From Candidatus Wirthbacteria bacterium (lineage in GTDB: Bacteria; Patescibacteriota; CG2-30-54-11): DNA of 64,000 nucleotides. The translations under genes and the position numbers were made by a program. The stretch is taken from positions 4,156 to 68,155 of the forward strand of contig CAISZI010000028.1 of NCBI GenBank assembly GCA_903889905.1. The letters are read 5' to 3'. This document shows positions 57,996 to 64,000 of the stretch, one piece after another. How positions within the stretch are numbered: position 1 is the stretch's first letter; each line of letters starts with the position of its first letter. A model generated the notes under the pieces. That model was given only the letters and a program-made list of their open reading frames with translations. It searched no databases and had not been told where the DNA came from.

Positions 57996-58508
57996 CTACT
58001 TTCCCTGCTTCACCAGCGTGATCACCTCTTTCCAATCCTTGGGCAATAACGGTTCCATGAATGCCGTGGCATTCAGACTGATTTTGACAATCTGCGACTG
58101 GCTTGCTTGTTCTTTCTGGCCGTTCCACAATGGGAAATTGGCCATAATAAACGTCAGCGTCCCCACCACAATCAAACCAATCAGCAACCCCAGCAATGCT
58201 CCACCGACATGTTTCAAAAACCCCACCAGCGGTATCTCAGTCAGTACGTTGACCAAGCCCAATAGTAAATTTCCCACGATGTTGAGCACGACAAAAAACA
58301 ACAAAAAAATCACCTGATGAAACACATTGCTGGTCCCCTGGTTTGCCCCGCCCAGGCCTGCGCCGATGATGCTGGAAGCGTGGGAAGCAATCAGCGCCGA
58401 CAGCACCACGACAACCACCCCGCCAATCATCAGCAGTAGTCCCCGCCAGAATCCCCAGAGCACAGCAATCGTAATAATCAGCATAAATACAACATCGAAC
58501 AAGTTCAT
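57996..58508 (-). CDS. cvpA: CvpA-family membrane protein
   Basis: MNLFDVVFMLIITIAVLWGFWRGLL plus four predicted TM helices and the family's Gly-rich loop. Confidence 0.7.
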   Translation of the reverse strand: MNLFDVVFMLIITIAVLWGFWRGLLLMIGGVVVVVLSALIASHASSIIGAGLGGANQGTSNVFHQVIFLLFFVVLNIVGNLLLGLVNVLTEIPLVGFLKHVGGALLGLLIGLIVVGTLTFIMANFPLWNGQKEQASQSQIVKISLNATAFMEPLLPKDWKEVITLVKQGK

Positions 58509-58634
58509 TTTGGTTTCCTCAATAGGCTGACCCGATCATATCGGTTTTGGGATGTTTGGGCAAATATCCCACGTTTACGCTCCTGTCATTTGGGCTTATA
58601 CTAAGATAGCTTTGTTTTTGACCGAACTGACCGC

Positions 58635-59399
58635 ATGCCTTTTTTGACCCATCTATTATTCTCCCTCTGTTACCAGCCGTTTGCCAATTTGCTGGTTTGG
58701 TTGCAGTCGCTGTTGCCGTCAAATGCCAGTTTTGGCTGGACCGTGATTCTGGTTGCAGTGGTGATCAAGCTGTTCACCAGCCCGTATCTGCTGGAACGCA
58801 GCCTCAGCCTGAGCCAACGTGAAGCCCTGGCCAAAGCGATTGAGGACATTGACGCCCGCTATGCCAAAGACCCCGACATGCGCCGCAAGCTGACCCGCCA
58901 TCTGATCAACGAAAACCGTTTTTCGGTGTTTGTCTCGGGCTTTATTTTTGTCATTCAACTGCTGGTGGGGATTGCCATCCTGGAACTATTTGCCAATGAC
59001 TTGTTTCACACTGACCGTTTTCTCTACAGTTACATGACCCAACCCGACAGTATTGTCTCCAAGTTCCTGTGGGCTGATCTCACGCAACCCAACTTTATTT
59101 TTGCCATTATCGCCTCTATCACCCTGCTTTTGCAACTGACTTCCAATCAGCTCCTGGCTGGCATTGGCTTTGGCCGCAATGACAAATTTCTGCAATACGC
59201 CGTACCGGTTGCCGCGTACATCATCCTGATCCAAACACCCGCGGCGCTTAGCCTGTTTGTTTTCACCAACGCCTTTACGACGCTGCTTACGCTGTTTGGT
59301 TACCAGACAATCAGGGGATTTGGCGCCAAACCCAGCCAAGCCGATACGGATGAGTTCGACAAACTGTTTCCTCAGGAATCTGTTCCACCCAAACTCTAA
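58635..59399 (+). CDS. yidC: YidC/Oxa1-family membrane protein insertase (short form), putative
   Basis: GWTVILVAVVIKLFTSPYLLERSLSLSQREALAKAIEDIDARYAKDPDMRRKL resembles the YidC TM1 plus amphipathic helix region (ILPLT.KQ..S...MQ...P....I..KYK.D). Five hydrophobic helices are predicted. Confidence 0.55.
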   Translation: MPFLTHLLFSLCYQPFANLLVWLQSLLPSNASFGWTVILVAVVIKLFTSPYLLERSLSLSQREALAKAIEDIDARYAKDPDMRRKLTRHLINENRFSVFVSGFIFVIQLLVGIAILELFANDLFHTDRFLYSYMTQPDSIVSKFLWADLTQPNFIFAIIASITLLLQLTSNQLLAGIGFGRNDKFLQYAVPVAAYIILIQTPAALSLFVFTNAFTTLLTLFGYQTIRGFGAKPSQADTDEFDKLFPQESVPPKL

Positions 59400-59410
59400 G
59401 ATTACCACCT

Positions 59411-60133
59411 ATGCAAATTCTGGCGTTTTCCGACCTCCACGGTCGTCATGAAATTTTTGACAAACTGACCCCCCGCCTTAACTGGTCAACACTCGACGTG
59501 ATTGCAGCCTGTGGTGATTTGACTCAATTTGGTGACTTTGCCGATGCGACAGCGATCGTCAATAAACTGCAAACCCTTAGCCAGGCCGAGGTATTTACCA
59601 TCCACGGCAACTGCGATCCAAGTGAAGTACTACTCGCGATGCAGGCCTCGGGTACAGCTTTACACCAGCGAACTACCCATGTTCAAAACCAGCGTTTCTT
59701 TGGCTACGGCAATGTGCCTCCCACGCCCTTTGGCACACGCAACGAACTGTTGGAATCAGACATCCTGCGCGACCTCGAAAATGTTGAGCCCTTTGACATC
59801 GGCCTCTTTCACGCACCTGCCTACCAGATCAATGACGAACCACGTCCTGGCCTGCACGGAGGCTGTCACGCCATCCGCGACCTGATTCAACGCGCCAAAC
59901 CAAAACTCATGCTGCACGGCCATATCCACGAAGGATGCGGATACACGATTTATGATTATGCAAAACAAAAGGTAATCGAAGCACACAAATTCAGCGACCA
60001 AAACGAGATTCACCCCTTGCAGCTACTCCCGCACTGGGGCGTCATTATCAATCTGGCGGCTGCCAAAAATGGCGCGGTGCAGGTGATTGAGCTTGAGGGT
60101 GATCGGGTGAGCATTGAACGGATCGTGGTCTAA
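59411..60133 (+). CDS. Calcineurin-like metallophosphoesterase
   Basis: Motifs MQILAFSDLHGRHE, GDLTQFGD, HGNCD and LHGHIHEG are the metallophosphoesterase signatures. Confidence 0.8.
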   Translation: MQILAFSDLHGRHEIFDKLTPRLNWSTLDVIAACGDLTQFGDFADATAIVNKLQTLSQAEVFTIHGNCDPSEVLLAMQASGTALHQRTTHVQNQRFFGYGNVPPTPFGTRNELLESDILRDLENVEPFDIGLFHAPAYQINDEPRPGLHGGCHAIRDLIQRAKPKLMLHGHIHEGCGYTIYDYAKQKVIEAHKFSDQNEIHPLQLLPHWGVIINLAAAKNGAVQVIELEGDRVSIERIVV

Positions 60134-60138
60134 CGTTA

Positions 60139-61671
60139 CTACTTTTGCTGGCTACCCAACTGTAATTTTTTCAATGATTTGTTACCCCCTGGTGTCGGGT
60201 ACCTGCCCGTGAAGCAACCCAGACAAAAATCTTCTTTTCTGAGCCCATGTGCACCGGCCACGCCACGCACCATATCATCGACGGTATTGTAGGCCAGTGA
60301 GTCCGCACCGATTTCTTTGCGGATTTCCTCCAGCGGCCGGTTGTTGGACGCGATCAATTCGCTCAGTGTGGGCATGTTGATACCATAAAAACACGGGAAA
60401 CGGCTCGGTGCTGCGGCGACTCGCATGTGCACTTTGGTGGCTTTGGTCTGTTCACGGATGTACTGGATCAGTTGTTTGGAGGTGCTGCCACGCACGATGC
60501 TGTCGTCGACCAGGATCAGTTCCTTGCCCTCGAGGTAGTGCGGCGTCAGGTCAAACTTGCCGCGAATTACCTGGTGTCGGCTATGATACCCAAAGTCCGC
60601 GATAAACGACCTGGACTCGCTGACTTTGACCAGCGCATCAAAACGTGGCAAAAATTTACCCGTCCGGTCAAATGTCCCGTGCTGATAGCCATCACACATG
60701 CCAATCGCTGTCCCCGGAACCGGTGCCGTGACCATATCATCATTAATCGTCATTTTCTCCGCCTTGGCCAGATGATAACCCAGTGAACCGCGGGCGCGCT
60801 GCACCAGTCGGTCACCAAACGTGGATGCGGCATTCATGAAATAAACGTATTCAAAAATGCAGTGCGCCTTGCGCGGTGAGGTGGCGTACTTCACTTTTTT
60901 GACCGTCTTGCCATCGCTGTAGATGAAATACCCTGGTGGAACTTCGTGGACATCGTCAATCGAAATACCCCGGATGGCACTGTCTTCACCACTTACGACC
61001 AGCGTGTTTTCGTGTACGGCATAGCTCAGAGGATGAAAACCCATGGGATCCCTGAGCGCGATGAAATGGCCGTTGGCATCCATGAACAAAATATTGTAAG
61101 CACCATCAAAAGTCTCAGCCAGCGTGGCAAAAATACGTTTAAAATCGAGCAGTGTGGTGGGTTTCTTGAGTTTGTTGAGTTCGAGCGAGAGGAAAATTTT
61201 GATCATCTCGGTATCGACATCAGTCTTGAAATAGTAGTTGCCGTCTTTTTTGTCCATGATCTTTTGTTTGATTTCGTCGTCGTTGTTGATGTTGCCGTTG
61301 AAACAAAAAGTGAACTCCTTCCATTTACGGTTGTGTTCGCGCACATACGGCTGGGCAAAGTTACGGATGGCATTGTCATCGTTGGTCTGGCCCGAGGTGG
61401 CATAGCGATTATGGCCAATGGCTGCGACAGATTTGAAATCATCCAGAAATTTTTCATTGCGATAACTACCCATTTCGCCAAAAAATTCCTTGACCGTGCC
61501 GCGCCCTTTGTGGACCTCAAGTCGATTAAAACCACTCGGGTTGTACCGCGCCATGCCGGTCGACAGGTCACCCCGGTTCTGCAGCCGCGCCAGCAGCATG
61601 TTCACCATCATCGGCGTACGCTTGGATGGTTCGTCAGAATTCAATAGGTAAACGCCAGCGATTCCGCACAT
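60139..61671 (-). CDS. purF: Amidophosphoribosyltransferase
   Basis: The N-terminal nucleophile is MCGIAGVY. Motifs GHNRYATSG and the PRPP-binding LVDDSIVRGSTSKQ are present. The start is at 61671. Confidence 0.9.
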   Translation of the reverse strand: MCGIAGVYLLNSDEPSKRTPMMVNMLLARLQNRGDLSTGMARYNPSGFNRLEVHKGRGTVKEFFGEMGSYRNEKFLDDFKSVAAIGHNRYATSGQTNDDNAIRNFAQPYVREHNRKWKEFTFCFNGNINNDDEIKQKIMDKKDGNYYFKTDVDTEMIKIFLSLELNKLKKPTTLLDFKRIFATLAETFDGAYNILFMDANGHFIALRDPMGFHPLSYAVHENTLVVSGEDSAIRGISIDDVHEVPPGYFIYSDGKTVKKVKYATSPRKAHCIFEYVYFMNAASTFGDRLVQRARGSLGYHLAKAEKMTINDDMVTAPVPGTAIGMCDGYQHGTFDRTGKFLPRFDALVKVSESRSFIADFGYHSRHQVIRGKFDLTPHYLEGKELILVDDSIVRGSTSKQLIQYIREQTKATKVHMRVAAAPSRFPCFYGINMPTLSELIASNNRPLEEIRKEIGADSLAYNTVDDMVRGVAGAHGLRKEDFCLGCFTGRYPTPGGNKSLKKLQLGSQQK

Positions 61672-61689
61672 AAGAAAACCCTCCTTTAT

Positions 61690-61765
61690 CCTCCCTTGCA
61701 AGGAGGAAAGACAAAATGCTCCTACCCCCTATGTAAAGGGGGTGCAGGGGGATTTATCCCCGCCT
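61690..61765. terminator. Three C-run/G-run hairpins (CCTCC-cttgcaa-GGAGG, CCCCC-tatgtaaa-GGGGG and GGGGG-atttat-CCCC) upstream of purF that overlap the 3' end of ORF 61722-62348
   Basis: Inverted repeats read directly from the sequence. Confidence 0.4.
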
Positions 61766-62348
61766 GATTAATTGCCTCATACTTCCAGATCACCCCCGCA
61801 TTGGGACTGAACTCAAGCCGCAGCAACTGCCCGTCCTGGTATTGCTGGCTGATTGCTGCTATTTCAACGGGCGACACCAGGCTACTAAACCTACGGCCCT
61901 GCACATCAATCGCCTGTTGAAATTCTGGCTTCAACCATGTTTTCCAATTGGGTGAGAATAACCAGAATAAACGTTGAAAATTGGCAAGACTAAAAGTCGG
62001 CAAATGCATATTTTCAACAGGAACTTTGACCATACTTCCCTCCATTGCAAATACCGGCGCATCGATATCCAATGCCAAAGATTGATCCGGACGATTGGTG
62101 GTATAACTGCGACTAATCGCCACCATAAAGGCAATCAGACTCAAAAACCAAATGAGTAAAAATGAAAATATCATCGCCATAATTAGCAACACAACCAGCA
62201 AACCCATTGCCAGCTGAATACTACTTTTCCGTTCCATCACAGCATGCTCGTGTAGAACGATCAACTGTTGCTTTTCGGTTGGTTGCAGGTCTCTCAAGAC
62301 TTTGCCAGGAGGTAACGGTTTGACGAGATTTTCAACGGACTTCTGCAT
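61722..62348 (-). CDS. Hypothetical membrane protein (one or two TM helices) inserted between purN and purF
   Basis: The hydrophobic segment is LAMGLLVVLLIMAMIFSFLLIWFLSLIAFMVAI. There are no recognisable motifs. Its 3' end runs into the hairpin cluster, so the last ~15 codons may not be real. Confidence 0.45.
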   Translation of the reverse strand: MQKSVENLVKPLPPGKVLRDLQPTEKQQLIVLHEHAVMERKSSIQLAMGLLVVLLIMAMIFSFLLIWFLSLIAFMVAISRSYTTNRPDQSLALDIDAPVFAMEGSMVKVPVENMHLPTFSLANFQRLFWLFSPNWKTWLKPEFQQAIDVQGRRFSSLVSPVEIAAISQQYQDGQLLRLEFSPNAGVIWKYEAINQAGINPPAPPLHRG

Positions 62349-62978
62349 TTATGCATCCTTGAGAAAAACGATATTGTTGTTGATCACAATTCTTCCCTCT
62401 GCCCACGCCTCCAGCACCGCGACAAATCCTTCCACCTCCAATTGCTGCACCTTATCCTTCAAACTCTCCACCGTTTCGTCATGTTCAACCGGAATTGCCT
62501 TTTGCCAGATGATCGGGCCACTGTCGGTGCCTTCATCGACAAAATGCAGTGTACACCCTGTGACCTTGACTCCCGCATCCAGTATCGCCTGGTGCACATT
62601 GAGATCCATGCCACCCCCAAAAGCAGGGAGCAGCGACGGGTGGACATTGATAATACGACTCTGAAAGTGCTGCACAAACCATGGACTCAAAATCCGCATG
62701 TAACCAATCAGCAGAATCAACTCCACGCCAAGTTTATCAAAAATTGCCGCCACTGCGCGATCAAATTCTTCACGTGTCGCAAAGGCAGTTGGATCGACAA
62801 ACTGGCATGACAAATGATGCTGATGGCAACGCTCAATAACAGGTGCATCCGCTTTGTTGGTGAGCACCATCGCGACCTCAACCTGGGTAAGTTTCCCGCT
62901 TGCCTGCGCCTCAAGAATGCCTTGCAGGTCGGAACCGCGGGTGGAAGCCATGACACCGATTTTGAATGTCTGTTGCAT
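62349..62978 (-). CDS. purN: Phosphoribosylglycinamide formyltransferase
   Basis: MQQTFKIGVMASTRGSDLQGIL, the catalytic region NVHPSLLPAFGG, and D at the active site. The start is at 62978. Confidence 0.88.
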   Translation of the reverse strand: MQQTFKIGVMASTRGSDLQGILEAQASGKLTQVEVAMVLTNKADAPVIERCHQHHLSCQFVDPTAFATREEFDRAVAAIFDKLGVELILLIGYMRILSPWFVQHFQSRIINVHPSLLPAFGGGMDLNVHQAILDAGVKVTGCTLHFVDEGTDSGPIIWQKAIPVEHDETVESLKDKVQQLEVEGFVAVLEAWAEGRIVINNNIVFLKDA

Positions 62979-63058
62979 CTTTGCCTCTCGATCTATCATT
63001 GCGAATCCTGTTTCGGGATGTGGCAATCTAGTGTATTGGATCCTGTGACCGATAAAGA

Positions 63059-63089
63059 TGAAAGATTGCCGCGCATGGCTCGCAATGAC
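63059..63089 (-). repeat. Dispersed short repeat, copy F (reverse orientation, shortest copy)
   Basis: gaaagattgccgcgcatggctcgcaatgac; the reverse complement is GTCATTGCGAG-CCATGC-GCGGCAATCTTTC. It lies between the purN start and the purM stop. Confidence 0.75.
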
Positions 63090-63132
63090 TGCTGAAAACT
63101 GAATAAAGATATAATGTCTTTGTTCAAAAAAA

Positions 63133-64000
63133 TTACTCTCTCACTTTTAAACTTTCCCCGCCAAACGTCACTCCGATTGATCGCAGCTCCACCTGTTTAG
63201 GTCCTGCCTGCAGAAAACCCACATCATAGGCCATAATCTGCTGCTCGGCTGCCAGCTTGATTGTTGCGGCCACATCCTTTGCCGCGACAAAAGCCGCAAA
63301 CCCGGCGCCCATGTTAAAATTGCCGTACATTTCTTCATCTCCCAGCCCAGATTGCTGCTGGATAAAATTCAAAACCGCAGGGACTGGTGGCAAATCCGTG
63401 ATGATATACTGCCAGTCCTCTGAACGTCGCATCAACTTGCGCCAGCCGTGGCCAGTGATGTTGACGAGGTATCGCAGATCCACTTTGGCTGCGAGCAATG
63501 ACTCGACCAGGCGTGCGTAAATAATCGTTGGATCAAGTAAAGCGTCACCATAGTGGCGACCATCGTCCATTCGCGTCAAAAATCCTTCCGGCAACTGCTC
63601 GGCCAGCTTACGCGCCAATGTCAGTCCATTGGCATGAATGCCGCTGCTTGCAAACACCACGATGCGTAATCCAGCGGCAAGCGGTTTGCCAATGAGCAGA
63701 TTTTCGCGCGGACGGATGATGCCCATGCAAGCACCCGCCAAATCGATCGATTCAGCGTTAACGAGACCAGAAAGTGTCGGTGTTTCGCCACCACCCCAAA
63801 CCGCTCCCGCGAGGTCGCAGGCATAGGCCCAACCATCGAGCAGCTGATGCACCTGTTCCTCATGCGCAAACCATTCACTGCTGCCCACTGCCCAATAAGC
63901 GTGTACCACCAACGGTTTGGCACCAACCGTGATCAGATCATTGACCATCATCGCCACCGTGTCCTGGGCAATTGCTGCATAGTGGTGTTTACCGGTGAGT
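63133..64000 (-). CDS. purM: Phosphoribosylformylglycinamidine cyclo-ligase (AIR synthetase), 5'-partial; the reading frame continues past the window end
   Basis: It encodes the PurM C-terminal two-thirds, including VNDLITVGAKPL and GGETPTLSGL. The frame is open from 63958 to 64000 with no stop. Confidence 0.85.
   Translation of the reverse strand, partial: LTGKHHYAAIAQDTVAMMVNDLITVGAKPLVVHAYWAVGSSEWFAHEEQVHQLLDGWAYACDLAGAVWGGGETPTLSGLVNAESIDLAGACMGIIRPRENLLIGKPLAAGLRIVVFASSGIHANGLTLARKLAEQLPEGFLTRMDDGRHYGDALLDPTIIYARLVESLLAAKVDLRYLVNITGHGWRKLMRRSEDWQYIITDLPPVPAVLNFIQQQSGLGDEEMYGNFNMGAGFAAFVAAKDVAATIKLAAEQQIMAYDVGFLQAGPKQVELRSIGVTFGGESLKVRE

Overview
This 64-kb window has an overall GC content near 50% and is densely coding on both strands. 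It combines the conserved housekeeping genes of what looks like a small-genome, Gram-positive-type bacterium (possibly a CPR/Patescibacteria-like lineage, an inference) with two large accessory loci that look like paralogous copies of one envelope system.

**Housekeeping genes.** These are tlyA, a DUF212 membrane protein, an M24 peptidase, rpsF-ssb-rpsR, tRNA-Cys, tgt, secG, a family-5 ABC binding protein, ruvC-ruvA-ruvB, tpiA, maf, uvrC, truB, recG, rpe, tal, cvpA, yidC, a metallophosphoesterase, purF, purN and a partial purM.

**Module 1 (65-15387, + strand).**
- A repeat-rich surface protein of at least 3051 aa (NHL/propeller-like, SdrD-B/Cna-B-like, FN3-like and DUF11-type repeats) with a C-terminal TM anchor and basic tail.
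- A GC-rich hairpin follows, then a 116-aa protein with the topology of a VirB2/TrbC-type pilin (signal peptide plus two TM helices).
- The pilin-like gene's stop overlaps the start (ATGA) of a 1913-aa protein. That protein has a signal peptide, a large N-terminal ectodomain, about 7 TM helices and a roughly 1150-aa low-complexity tail. I interpret it, with moderate confidence, as a VirB6/TrbL-like extended membrane protein.

**Module 2 (48713-57142, + strand).**
- A near-consensus sigma-70 promoter.
- A 1238-aa paralog of the VirB6-like protein. The TM-bundle motifs are clearly conserved between the two copies.
- A nearly perfect 24-bp hairpin.
- A 1490-aa secreted protein with the same kind of C-terminal anchor.

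I found no VirB4/VirD4 ATPase in the window, so the type-IV-secretion-like interpretation is a hypothesis.

**Other notable content.**
- At least six dispersed 31-39-bp RPE/MITE-like repeats (GTCATTGCGAG...GGCAATCTYTC, each with an internal mini-hairpin) lie at gene boundaries. One copy sits in-frame inside a coding sequence.
- An MmeI-like Type IIG restriction-modification gene is split into a nuclease+methyltransferase ORF and a target-recognition ORF, next to a GIY-YIG nuclease gene.
- There are three tandem S41 C-terminal processing peptidase paralogs.
- A 2343-aa cytoplasmic protein has no recognisable domain.
- UvrC carries an internal GNAT-like insertion and a lysine tract and lacks the C-terminal HhH domain.
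- SSB has two OB folds.

I recognised no rRNA, CRISPR array, transposase or integrase.
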